DNA of 64,000 bases from assembly GCA_051530055.1 (NCBI GenBank), contig CM121342.1, positions 7,324,691-7,388,690 of the forward strand. The letters run 5' to 3'. The translations under genes were made by a program, and so were the position numbers. This DNA is from Neoechinorhynchus agilis (lineage: Eukaryota > Animalia > Acanthocephala). The notes beneath the pieces were generated by a model, which saw only the letters and a list, made by a program, of their open reading frames with translations, had not been told where the DNA came from and did no database searches. Position 1 is the first letter of the stretch; each line of letters starts with the position of its first letter. This document shows positions 25,034 through 37,699 of this stretch, piece by piece.

Positions 25034-25329
25034 GCGAGTTCGTTCGAGTTTTAATGCTGCTTAAAGCGCTGCAAGAGTTTCTGTGTTTTCTGTAAATAAA
25101 ATTATTGCACAGTTTAAAGTCTTACATTAAAGTTGGATTTTCGAGTTCTGGCTTTAATTACATGTTTTTATTTCGTTTTAGCGCCTCATAAATACAAAAT
25201 CGCTGCTATAATTTCGATTATTATGTTGTTGATGATTAAATAATTAGAGAAAATCCATTGATTCAGTTAGCGGTTAGCACTCATGACGATATAGAGAGAA
25301 AATTGGAGGATAAATAAACATAAAATTAG

Positions 25330-25935
25330 ATCGAGGCGGGAGATGCCAAAATCATGGACAGTACCAGAGAAATCAAGGTCAAAGGGGGAACGATGCAGAA
25401 CCACAAAAACAATATAATGAAGAAAGCAAAATAATTAATATGTCGATAGATGAATCCCATAATGTCGAACCATATTTTTAAGCCTAATGATTTTTAGGGT
25501 TTAGAAATAGATACCCTGCGACAAGAACGCAGCGTTGGAACACGTCCAAAAATGTTTACTGTATAAAAATTAAATTAAATAAGTCGATGAAAATGATGAT
25601 CAATTATTTTCCACTGACCAACTCAACTCCTTTCAGAGTAAAGCAGTACGATGTGAAGATTGAAGATAAAGATAGAGGTTTGGGTGTCACTAACCCAAAC
25701 GGAGAAAACGTCTTATCTTCATTAAAACAGCGAATTATAATTAAAAAAGCGATATTGAAAATGGCAAATGCTCTTGAAAAAGAATTCAAGTACCGAACTG
25801 TATACAACGGTGGTCGTGTGGTTTACTCACTAAGCGATTTCGCCACAGGCAGGGATGAGTGTTCAATACTCGTCTCTGAAAAGTACCTGGTTATATTTAA
25901 GAAAACCAATGAAATCGATATGGAGAAAAATTTTC
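25330..25935 (+). pseudogene. Argonaute/Piwi-family N-terminal fragment cut off by the RTE derivative
   Basis: RGG-containing start, SVGT..K, INYFPL...QYDVKI, VYNGGRVVYS and Y.V.FKKT.EIDM N-domain pattern; no PAZ/MID/PIWI seen in the window. Confidence 0.65.
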
Positions 25936-28367
25936 TTTTATTTTTTCGGTGCCCTCTGAAGCGTCCGAGCGGACACTGTACTCGTCATTGGGCTTTGGCC
26001 TGAGGCCGGAACTTACTGTAAATTGTTTCGAGATAGAAGTGAAAGTTAAAAAGCTGTTTTTCGCAGTGAGAGTTCGTTAGCGAAAATCGATGCTCTTTTG
26101 ATGTTCTTTGAAAAGTGAGCCTTACCTTAACACACGGAGAAAAACTTCTTGCGCTCTTCGCTATCTATGATCTCGTCAATAAACACCTTACCTTGAAAGT
26201 TGCGGCGAATCCAACAGGGCTTCAAAAATAAAAATTATACTTAATTTTTACTTTCGAATACAAGGCTCTTTGAATCTTTGCTAAAAACGAAAGTGAGTGA
26301 AATGTAAAAATCGTTAAAATAAATCGTGCATTCATAGATTAACTTCATTAAGGTTAAGTCAAGAGTTTCCATCGCAAACTCTACTTATTGAACAACAACA
26401 TTTCTTGGTCGTTCTTTTCAGCATTGTCGGCTTTCGTCTTTGTTCTCCTTTCCCAGCGTCTTGAAATCTCCGTTCACACCGTCCTTCCACCTCTTTTTGG
26501 GCCTCCCTCTTCTCGTTTTCCCCTCGAGCTGCGTCTTCATCTGCTTGTGTGACCTGAGGATACCATCGCATCCGCCTCTTAGCGATTGCCTCCTCGATCG
26601 GCTCGGCAGCAAACAGTTTTCGCACCTCCTCATTGGGCACTCGATCTTTGCGTGTCAATCCTGCGGACCATCTAGGCATCCGCATTTCGTTGACGGCTAA
26701 TCGTTGAACGTCTTCCTTCTTCGTATCCAACATCTCGCGGGTCGAACTGCCTTGTAAACCCGCCCTTTAAGCTTGTTCGGGAGACGCTTATCGTAAAGGA
26801 TGCCTGTTGTCTTCCTCCAGTTGTAAGTGGACGAAGAAAAAATTGATCACTCACAGTGCTTTGAGGAAAATCGAAAGCGAAGCGCGGGAATTTTCGATGA
26901 AGATGAAAAAGATGGCTAGTCGGTGGCTCCGCTGTGGCATCGCATTCTCGAAACATCGCTTAGTGTTCGGGGCAATTCCTTTTCCTGAGGAATGCCCACG
27001 CCAAATCTCGAGGGATCGTAACGGACACTGCATCTCACTGAACCTCTCAGCTGCCTTAGCACGAATATTGCATCGATTGTGCTTCCGCCGGGCATGAATC
27101 CTCGTTGGTCCTCGCTGATTCGGATCTTCTATCTAATTCTGTGATCGATAATTCGTTCCCACAGTTTCATTGTGTGAGACATGAGTTTAATGGTGCGGTA
27201 GCTCCTATACTTCAGAACATCTCCTTTGCTTTTGAAGATCGGTATCAATATGCTTCCCTGTCATTCCGGCGGGATCTTTTCCTCCAAATCCATCTTCTGA
27301 AAGAGCCTCGTAAGCAACTTTATTCCGAAGACTCCAAGGGATTGCCACAGCTCGATTTGAATGTTATCTGGACCCCGGCTCCTACCAGTCTTCATTTTCC
27401 TCAGCAGTGCAGCAACCTCATCGTCCGAGTACGGTTTCGTCACATTGACATTCGGGTGTACGTCCTCTAGAGGCAGTCTGCCATTCTCAGTGTTCAACAG
27501 AGTGCTGAAATATTCCTTCCACCTATCCAAAATGTCCTTGCATTGGTCCAGCGTCCGTGGATATCACTGATCATTTTGAGGTACACGATATCCCGCGATT
27601 TTTTATCCCTGACTTTGGCCAATCTACAACTCCCTCGCTGTAATTGCTCAAACAGGTCGTTATCGGCTTCTCTATTGGCTTTGGCGCATTCTCGTGAGGC
27701 CTTAGCGTCAAAATCCAATCTTTTCCTGGCTGACTTTTTCAGACTGATTGTGTCCTTGATGAATGGATTCCACCACCTTGCTTCTTTTTTTGGGATGGAG
27801 GTTTCCTTGATGTAATTCTTAGGATGTTCTTTGCTTCACTACGAATCGCTTCGGCTAGCGTTCCAGTTCAGCAACATTCTCGCTCAATTTCCGGATAAGC
27901 CCCATTTTCATCTTTTCCCTGAGTATGGGATCCTTTAGCCTCCGCCACTTGATTTTAGGCGCAATGCTCGCTGTCGGCTGTTTGGTTTTCCCTCGAATAT
28001 TGAGGTCCATCACAAGCACTCTATATTGCGTCGTGCACTCTTCTCCTAGTAATATCTTGACATTCTGAACTTCACTCCACTTCGCTATCGGATACAAAAT
28101 GAAATCGATTTTGGCTTGATCTTCCACCGCTTGAGTATATGTAAAGGCGCCGTGGGTCTTTTTTGAAGTATTGGAAATACGCAACTCCAACGCTGCTGCG
28201 TAATCCAATAGTCTAACATCCTCGGCGTTCCTAGATTCTACACTGTGTCCTTCAGAAATTCGCTGGTATCCATCTCTCGGCCCCACGTTTCCGTTGAAAT
28301 CACCGGTTATCACATATCTTTCCCCCATAGTCCTTGTCAATTCAGATTGATCCAGCCAAAATTCATC
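25926..28367 (-). mobile_element. Second copy of the RT-core-deleted RTE derivative, 5'-truncated
   Basis: Near-identical to 16078-~18560, including the 3' extension and the internal replacement; different outer flank. Confidence 0.9.
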
Positions 28368-28557
28368 AGGAGAGATAAATGAAATTAATATTTTATTGGA
28401 TATTTCGATCCACTATCTCGGATCTTCTTCAGCGATTGCTTGTAAGTATTTAAGACAGCACTAACACATATTTAAAAACTCACAAGCAATCGCTGAAGAA
28501 GATCCGAGATAGTGGATCGAAATATCCAATAAAATATTAATTTCATTTATCTCTCCT
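28368..28557. repeat. Near-perfect ~76-bp-arm foldback; each arm has a minimal type I hammerhead (PLE terminus)
   Basis: Arms 28368-28443 and 28482-28557. Plus arm reads ATCG-CTGAAGA-A-GATCC-GAGATAGT-GGATC-GAA-ATAT-C-CAAT-AAA. Confidence 0.8.
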
Positions 28558-28559
28558 AT

Positions 28560-31500
28560 CAACAATCAACAATAAAAAGGACTGTAAGGCACAGGATAAT
28601 CCTCTCCGCGCAAATTGTGGAAAGAGACATCCACCAGCCTTTGCTAGGAAGTGCAAGTCTCACACAATCCTTCATGGATACAGAGAATAGTAAGGGACGG
28701 GCTACTTACAATCCTCATCCAGTTCACAGTGCTGACAACACTAAACAATCTGTTCGTAAGAAAGTGAAGCCTTGTACCTTGGAGGACATTTCACTTTTTC
28801 CTACTGACTCTATTACTATATCCCACTCCTCATCCCAAAGGAGTTTAAACTTTGAAAACGAATTCTCTTAAAATCCATGCTTGCGTGGATTGTTGAGAGA
28901 CTGACAAATCCGGATTTTGCTTCTCATGCAAATGGACTCTCCTTACAGGAAAATTCCTCATTTAATAAAATTAGGGAAATGATTAATTTCTCTTCTACGA
29001 AAAGACAAATCTCACCTTACTCTAGAGAATTGGACGAATCAAATCCAAAACGTAACAGATCTTAATATAACGGCAGAGCCTCTATGGACCCCTGACTCAA
29101 ATTTTTCTTTTATAACACATAATGCCTTTAGAGCATATAAACTCCCCACTCACCTTTCTGACTGTATAAACTCTTCTTATACGGATCTTCTCTTTTTTCA
29201 AGAAACTGGTCCATTATCCATTTTTACATCCAATAACTATAAGTGCTTTCTCTTATCTCCACGTCTTACTAATCCCTCATCCAGTATAGGATTTTCCGGC
29301 GGACTTCAACTTTTTTATTCTGGATAAGTATGCCCTCAAGCTGCTCTTTCAGGAGAAGAACGAGATCTTTGCGATACAGATCGTGTCTATTAAAAACCCT
29401 CTATACGGTTCCTTCTCACCCTCTAATCCCCTTTTAACGATATGCAATCTCTATATTCAACCCAAGAAAGTTAACTCTTTTACCAAAATGTATATTAACT
29501 TCTTATTATTTTGGGATCCCGACTTTATAGTTTTTTTCTCAGGCCTCGGACCGTTCTTTAAATCTCAAGACTTTTTATAACCTAAATTTCCATCTTTTCA
29601 TAACTTTAGTTCAATCAGGCACTCCTTTTTGGATGGTGCAATTCTTAAAAAGAAATTTCTTTTATCCCTCTCATCAATTACAGGTCCAGTATCTCCTGGG
29701 AAATGATTTTATTTCAATCTAACGGACTCTCACTTAGAGATTTTATTATTTTAAATGACATATCCATACGAAATTTTAATAATGAACTTAGTTCCTTGCT
29801 CTCTAAAAGGAACTTGATTTCTTTTAGCATCTTTAACGACCTCATTTTACTTTCTGTAAAGAAACATCTTATCACTCAATCTTACATTAAGCGTCCTCCT
29901 CTATGTAGGACTGCAAATATTTTTTGATAAAAAAGAAATCATTGCTAATCTTTTTAATAACAAAACTCTTCATGATTTCTTCATGAAGAAATTTTACACT
30001 GAAAAATTCCTCTTTCAAATTGAACAGGAGAAGAAAACCCTAGTGAATCTCAAACCTTTTGGCAAAGGTTTTTTGTCGACCATTTTAAACAAAAAACCAT
30101 CTTGTTGGAGAGCAAAGGCTGCCAATTGGATTGGTTCAATTTCTTATCCCAAGGTGATTGAGGAAATTTTAAATGCGCATACATTCTCGGCTTACGTGAG
30201 CCCCTCCTCTTCCCATTTTTAATAAAAAATTATTCTCTTGGAACTTAGACATTAATTTCCTATTGGAATCGTGCAGATCTCACGGTTCCGTGTCTAATAA
30301 CTCAATGAGCTGCTCCCCGAAAATCATCGCTGCTATTAGCGATGAGATTAAATTTTTATTCTTTTCAAAATTAAAATTTACAAAACTAGATTTTGATGAT
30401 CTTCTTCATATTAATATAGTGAAGAAAGTCTTTTTACCAAAAACCAAGGGAATTATTTCAAAACCGGCTCATATCCAAGTAATTTCAATTCAGAATCCTA
30501 TAATCTCTTGCATAGAAAGAGTCGTAAATAGACTTTTATACGGGTTTTTGGAAACTAAGAAGCTTATTCCTTCTTACTTCCATGGTTTTATCATAGGTAA
30601 AGGCGTTAACACTTTACTTGATACCCTTAACTGTATGAACAATATTAAATTTGTTCAAAAAATTCTTATTCAGCTTGACCTGAACAAAGCATTTGATGCT
30701 TTGGATAGAACCTTTTTATACAAAGCTCTTGAGGAGCTAAAAATTTCTCTGAATCTTATATATAAAATTAATTACTTACTTGAATCAAAGTCCTTTTATT
30801 ATGAGGTGGATCCCTCAAAAACCAAATTCTTTTCCCGTTTGGGGGTCCCCCAAGGCTCTCCACTATCCCCTACTCTTTTCCTTATCTGCCTTATTTTTAT
30901 CTTTAAGAAATTGAAACTACCCAGGGGTAACCTTCCTCTTATATATGCCGACGATATCTTTCTCTTCTGCAAGGCCAGGTCTTGTCCCTCTCGTTTATGC
31001 AACATTCAAGCAGCTCTGAGTACCCTTAGCTCAGAGTTGAAATTGGCTAATCTAGCCATCAATGCCAATAAAACCTTTTTATCCCCATCACTCGCTCTCT
31101 TCTAGGAAAGTCTTAATCAATAATTTAATTAATTACCACAATTTTAACTCCTCCAACATTAAGAAATTTACCAGGGTTCTAGGAATCGACTTCCCCTCCA
31201 AGACATTTAGATTTTTAATTAATTCTTCGATTAATAAGACCTTTCTAAAAATCAAATATTTTCTTCATAGAGCCAAATATCTTGATTTGAATTTTAACAT
31301 TATATTACCCGTTCTAAAAACTCTCAAAGGAGGCTCTATCTGTTTTTTAGGGAGAGGTCGGCCTCCTGAACTTAGGTTTGCCTTCTTTTTTAGATGTTTT
31401 AATAAGCTTCATAAACTTTTATCAAATTATAATCTTATTCATGAGCCTCTTTTATCTTTCCTCTCACGCTTATTTTTGGGAAAAATCTTATTCTTCTCTT

Positions 31501-31940
31501 CATTTTCTAATAAAGGTAAGTTCTTTATATCTAATGAACCAGTATTCTACTTTCCCTCTCCTTCTAACCCTAACTTCAGCGCACAATACTCCCACGCAAT
31601 TCGATTGGAATTCAACGATGCACACATTTTTTTACAATAAGCAATTTCTTAAGCCGGACAAGAAAGGGATCGTCTAAAATTGAAGTATCATAACATACCG
31701 GCTTGCCAGTAAAACTTAAAAATTAATGGATAAAGATAGGAAAAAGTTAATGTCAAGAAAGTAATACTACCAGGATAAAAGATTAATCTGGTCTTTTGGT
31801 CCTCCGAGGTGGTCTGAGATCGACCTAATACCTGAGGCCCAATAGAGCAGACGAAGGACCAACGATAACTGCTAGACTAACGAAAAACCCTAATTGTTAT
31901 CTTACTAGTTGTATGGCCGTGTTTAATAAATAAAAAAAGA
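28560..31940 (+). mobile_element. Degenerate APE-RT non-LTR element (Jockey/I-like), 5'-truncated, A-tailed
   Basis: ANCGKRH..KC knuckle at ~28610; DLLFFQETG (APE); LDLNKAFD, GVPQGSPLSPTLF and YADD (ORF 30263-31105); AATAAA and A-run at ~31925. Confidence 0.8.
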
Positions 31941-31949
31941 AAAATAACG

Positions 31950-34545
31950 CATTGAACCAAAACGCGACTTCCATTGGTCAAACACAAGTGTTCTGCTAGG
32001 CGATTAGACCTTCACAAAATGGACAAAATCCAATGCAAAAATGTACAAAACGGTCCTCTGCGTTCATCTTTTTTTCATTGAACAAACTGATGAACCAATG
32101 AAACGATTTGCTTTATGAGAGAACCCAAATTGATTGATAATTGATTCTCCCAATTACCAGGTTAGTTGAGTCGCCGTAGCTCTTGGAATACAAAAAAATG
32201 TTATTGTTCCCAAATATCAACCACAGAGGAAAGATTTTTAGCAAATTTCGCGCTTTCAATTACTGAAATAATGAACGTATTATTAAACTCTATTGAAATT
32301 ATGCATCGGACGGCAATATCGTCGGCGTCAATAATGATGCTCGCGATTGGCTTCATTATTGGGTTAGCGGTGAGTAGAAGATTGCAGCATACAAAGTAAC
32401 GGACAAAAAGTTCAATGGAAAAGGCGATTCAGACACAATTTGTTGAGGGGATCGAAGTAGCAGAACAGGAAACGGAAATGGCAGGAACGGACGGCTTTAA
32501 TGAGATTATTAAGGAAATTGCGAAAAGTTTTCGCAGCTACATGAAGAATTATGGGAAAGTAGATTTAAAAAAGGCGATGGAAAATGGAATCCAACGAGAT
32601 GGAATGAAGAGAAAGGTGAAAGAGGAACTTTCAAATGAAATGATAAAATTTGTAGAACGGTTTCCGGCGATACAATCAATGATGAGTTTCGAAGTTTATG
32701 AAAATGACAAGGATAATGGAGAATCAATGAATGAAGAAATGGAAATCGACGAGGAATTTGAAGATCCTGGAGACGTGGCCAGAGAATCAAGAAAAAGGAA
32801 GTCAGATAATGAAACTGAAATCGATTCGGAGAAAAAACGCAAAAGGTGTTTTAGAAGCGATCAATGCGAATGGTCAATATTAGCAGCTGAAATGAAACAA
32901 TTAATTGTTACAAACGAAGACCAATTCTTAAATAATGCGCAGAGAATAGTTGAATTTAGAAACAAAAATGAATGGAAAAATGGAAACATCCAAAAAAATG
33001 TTAATATTGTCGATGAGAAGAAATATGAACCCCAGAGGATAAAAAGAATCACAAAACAAAACACAGCAACAGTTGAAGAAGATAAATCGCTGAGAGTAAA
33101 GGAAATCAGTAAACGAACGGCAGGAAATATTAATGAAGAGGGTGAAGGGGATTGGTTAAGTTCACTCGAAGAACTTGGAGCGCTAAAATTTGATCAAGAA
33201 GACGACCATAACCCAAGGAAAATGAGAAAACGAAGCTCGCCAATGGATGATGAAGATGATAAAGATGATTGTGGAAATTCAATCGATGAAGTTAGAAAGC
33301 TGAAGGATCTAAAGCGATCAATGCGAATGGTTAATATTAGTAGCCGAGCTTCGCTATCAAAGCGATAAAAAAATGGAAGCTGTCGAACAAAATCAAGATT
33401 CCGAAATGCTTTGGAATGAGAGAAAGGTTGAAGCCAAGGAAGTCGCAAATGAAATGAAACAATTAATTGTTACAAACGAAGACCAAATCTTAAATAATGC
33501 GCAGAGAATAATTGAATTTAGAAAAAAACCAATGGAAAAACGGAAACATCCAAAAAGAAGTTAATATTGTCGAAGAAAAGAAATATGAACCCAAGAGGAT
33601 AAAAGGAATCACAAAACAAAACACAGCAACAGTTGAAGAACATAAATCGCTGAGAGTAAAGGAATTCCGTAAACGAACGGCAGGAAATATTAATGAGGAG
33701 GGTGAAGGGGATTGGTTAAGTTCACTCGAAGAACTTGAAGCGCTAAAAGTTCCCAAGGAAAATGAGAAAACGAAGCTCGCCAACGGATGATGAAGACGAT
33801 AGAGATGGGTGGGGCCGTTCAATCGATCAATTTGGAGAGCTGATTGATACCCAGAAAGACGGCGAACAATCACAGGGATCGATTGGCGGTCGGCAGCAAA
33901 GCGCTTCAACTGCCAATGACGATGATAACGATGGGTGGGGCCGTTCAATCGATCATTTGGGAAACCTGATAGATGTCGAGAAAGACGGCAATGAATCACA
34001 GGCATCCAATAACTCGCGGAAACGATGCGCTGAAACTATCGATGAAGACGATTGTGGAAGATCAATCGATGAATTTGGAGCGCTAGACCGTAACTCAAAT
34101 AGGTTAAGAAAAATTCTAAAGCGAAGCTCTTGAACAGTATACAAGAAAAGCAACATAAAGTACTGATATTAAAGGGCTACTTTTATTGGTGTCAAATAGA
34201 TTAATCTAAGATGGTTAAAGTTGTCGAACGGAGAAATCTTCATCCATGGCATTGTCCATCAAATTATCTGCTCACAAATGATCACATTTTTTGATCGGAA
34301 ATATCGTCCCCCCCCGTAATGACCACAATTTTCATTGCAAAATGCAATTTCCTTTCGTTATCCTGGACAACTGATGTCCACAACTTCTAGGAAATTCACC
34401 GACGAGTCCCACCTTCCCTGGCGGTAACTGAGGATCCGGAGAAATTTACAGACTCATAAACGTGTGGTTCGGACTATTATGTGATTTTGTGAGCTTTTCT
34501 TACAGAAATCTATTTGCTGCGAAGCCCCATTTGCCTTGTGAGAGC
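31950..34545 (+). mobile_element. 5'-truncated copy of the PLE-cargo unit; ORF disrupted and internally duplicated
   Basis: Starts inside the GIY-YIG remnant; ORF pieces 32166-34133 match 10100-11659; tandem duplication at ~33310-33760; same 3' end as the first copy. Confidence 0.85.
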
Positions 34546-34599
34546 GAACAAAAACCTTTTAGAGAAGAGGTGGCACGGAGGTTCAATACCTCGACGTGT

Positions 34600-35465
34600 T
34601 GTTGTGGAGCTGTTGCGTCATCATCATTGAATTTGACGTCGTCCGGTTGTCGTGTGATGATGGTTCAAAATGCTCTGACGAGGAATCCATTTCTAGCCCT
34701 AGTTGATTATTAAAATCTCGTATTGTTGGAATCCAATGCTTGCTTGTATAAAGGGTAATCGATCTCAATTGATGACGTCAAAGTCGCCACGGCAGAATCA
34801 GAGGAGTCGCCGTTTTGTCCCATTGGATCGATGGTCCTCAAAAAAACGCCGCAGTTCACTAAAGACCTTTCAATGGGAGTTCTACGATATTCTCTCCAAT
34901 CGATGGAACTGAGTCAATCCGCGCGTTTTGTTAGGACAATAAAGCGCAAATGCCTCAGTCGTCGTGGTGCTGATTAGCAGAACGAGAATACTGTAAAGAT
35001 AAATAGACTCATTAGAAGATTAGCGCTACGAGAGCGAAAGCGAGTGCACGTGACCACTAAAAATGGAGAGTTTTTGTAACAGCAACAAATAAAGTATCGA
35101 GTTACGGATTACAGTTTTAACCTTTCGCCAGCTATGCCTTCAATCCGAACTTGGTCGCGGCCATTTTCGAGAGCCGTTGTCACAAATATGGCAAATGCGA
35201 GAACTCCCATCATCGTAGTGGTGAATGATAGAGTCGCGTTGACTCTATTAAGGACAGTGTTCATTCAGGTCTGAAAAGCACTGGGTGGGTCTCCGTCCGA
35301 AGTGTTGCAAGATTTGGAGGTCGTCATGAGAGAAGCTGCAAAATCGGCGTTGAGCTCAATAGCTCGAAGTGTGAACTGTTTGTGGAGGTGGTCTAGTGGA
35401 ATCGTGGCCCGGACCCCTGTTTCAGGGTCAAAGGGTTCGGATCCACGATCGCCACTTACCCACAA
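34600..35465 (-). mobile_element. Highly degenerate PLE RT remnant
   Basis: Minus-strand MG..A.IF...LE...RY and HH..GI..L..AR thumb-like residues; adjoins the HHR cluster in opposite orientation. Confidence 0.45.
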
Positions 35466-35470
35466 CCAAA

Positions 35471-35538
35471 GGGACGAAATATCTCCATGAGGGGAGGAAA
35501 CTCACTGATGAGTCCCGCCTTCCCTGGCGGTATCTGAG
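35471..35538 (+). ncRNA. Candidate rearranged hammerhead ribozyme (strand order B-A-C)
   Basis: GGGAC-GAA-ATATC ... CTCA-CTGATGA-GTCCC ... GGTAT-C-TGAG; all three stems can pair. Confidence 0.5.
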
Positions 35539-35814
35539 GATCCGGAGAAATCTACAAACTTTTAACCGTGCATTAAAGACGTTGTGGTTATATCACTTCT
35601 CTGATGTAAAACATAAAATTTGTCCACCCGCGGAAAGTGCTAATTCACATTAATAAAAAAAGAAATATATACATGCGGTCGGGAAAATCAGCTGACAATG
35701 CAACAAATGATAAAAAAAAAGCAGAAAATGCTGCTTAGTTAAAATGAGACCGACAATAGTTTTGTGCAGCTAGCACCTAACATCAAATAATCTCGCGCAC
35801 TCAACTGTCTAACG

Positions 35815-36068
35815 AAGTTCGCCAACGGATGATGAAAACGATAAAGATGATTGTGGAAATTCAATCGATGAAGTTAGAAAGCTGAAGGATCTCGAGAAAG
35901 ACGGCGAACAATCACAGGGATCGATTGACGGTCGGCAGCAAAGCGCTTCAACTGCCAATGAAGACGATAGAGATGGGTGGGGCCGTTCCATCGATCAGTT
36001 TGGAGAGCTGATTGACACCGAGAGAGATGGCGAACAATCACAGGGATCGATGGACGGTCGGCAGCATT
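35815..36068 (-). repeat. Inverted fragment of the orphan cargo ORF (GRSID repeat region)
   Basis: Reverse complement matches ~11180-11420. Confidence 0.85.
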
Positions 36069-37266
36069 CTTGAGTTTTTTAAAAATGATAACAACTGGAA
36101 TTAAGATTTAATAATCGGCGTCCTTTTGTATTGGAATTCGTCGATGAATTGAATTTTTTAAATAAATCTATAAAGTCCAAAACGGACTTGAAGGTGTAAA
36201 ATATCTCAATACTTCCGAACGAATTCATCGCAAAAAAAACGAATAAAGTATTGCTATCATTCAGGCTTTCAATTTCCTTATGAAGTTCCTTGCTTCCACG
36301 TATTCCTGAAAATAAATTTTTCCAGTTTCACCTTAGGTCGCTCTTCATCAGTCATTTTATACTTTCTAGGCATTTTTGTCAATTGCTCTAATTGTTGTTA
36401 CTGTAAAAATTGTGCAAAATTCTTCAATTCTCTTTTTTCTAGATTGCATTTCTCGGAACTTTTCTTAAATATATTCAGGTAACGTTACTGATGGCCGTTT
36501 TTTGAGCCTAATCTTAATAAACGCCACGACGAAATCTCTGATTAATTTCTTTTATGCTCACTATGACTAAAGCTATGATTCTGCATTTATATAAAATGCC
36601 AACTAAGTCGAGGTGATTGTGTTCTTAGTTGCTGGGCAATAAGGAGCGATCCAAGCGCCACTTCAATTTACAGTTCAAGTGACCTTTTCAACAACGATTC
36701 TGTAGATGATTTTGTAAATCTTATAGTGGTCTGATATGTGAACGAAATGAACAATTACCTATTCGAGGACATTAGAAGGCATTTTGGTTCTAGACAGATC
36801 CGAGCGTCACAGTGGGCCGTGGGAAAAACTGAGAACTGCAAATGGAATCGTAGATTGAGCATTACTCCAAGTGCGGACTTTTATGGAGAAAGCTCCGTGA
36901 CTTGCGGTCTCGGCCCAACACATTAAAATGTATATAAATTTGCTTATTTATAGCGGAAAATCTAAAACAAATTTATTAAATCCGATATTTTGGCACATTC
37001 TCGTGCTTTATCCAGGTTGTAAAAGTGTTTAATCTGCACTTGAACGTACATTATTTTCAATTGTTATATTTCCGGTGTTTGAAGTTTCGCAAAAATGATA
37101 TATAAACCAGTACAAAATCTTGCCCACTTATTCGTAGTTTTTCAATTGATTTTCGTGTAGCGCTATTGTATAAATTTCATTTCACTATATTTTTGAAAAC
37201 AAATTAGCCATGTCTACTATTTCGGGAGGAAAAGAAAACTCTCAGGCGAGCAATTTGTGACTGAAG

Positions 37267-37387
37267 TCAGCGCCATCAAATTCAATATGTCCATGGATTT
37301 ATTTTATAGATTAAAAGGTTAATAATAAATCAATCTTTATATATCACAAAATAAATCCATGAACAGATTGAATTTAATCGCGCTGAT
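37267..37387. repeat. MITE-like imperfect foldback
   Basis: TCAGCGC..AAATTCAAT..TCCATGGATTTATTTT pairs with AAAATAAATCCATG..ATTGAATTT..GCGCTGA. Confidence 0.6.
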
Positions 37388-37699
37388 TAATCCCTTTGAG
37401 TGATGTTCGTGGGCACGAAGTCCAACGATACGGACGAAATATTGTGATAAAATTCAATCTTTCGATTGTCACACACACAAAAAACGATAACGGTCCCGAA
37501 GGAGTTCAACGGACGTCAAAGTCAGCGAGGATAAAGTTATTCAACTCAAATCAGCATTATGGAAACAGAGAAGCTTCTTCGTGTGAGAGAGAGCAAGTTT
37601 TTTGCATTGAGATGACAGCAAAGTGTTCACGACCCTCTACAGAGGTACTGAAATTGACTACTATGTAAGAAATGGATTTGATGAGGCATTCAAAGGTAC

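Noticed and set aside
5667-34156. Many short antisense ORFs overlapping longer ORFs or TEs (e.g. 5667-6056, 7369-7647, 10458-10739, 33490-34005)
   Set aside because: Shadow ORFs opposite real coding sequence, with no recognisable motifs.
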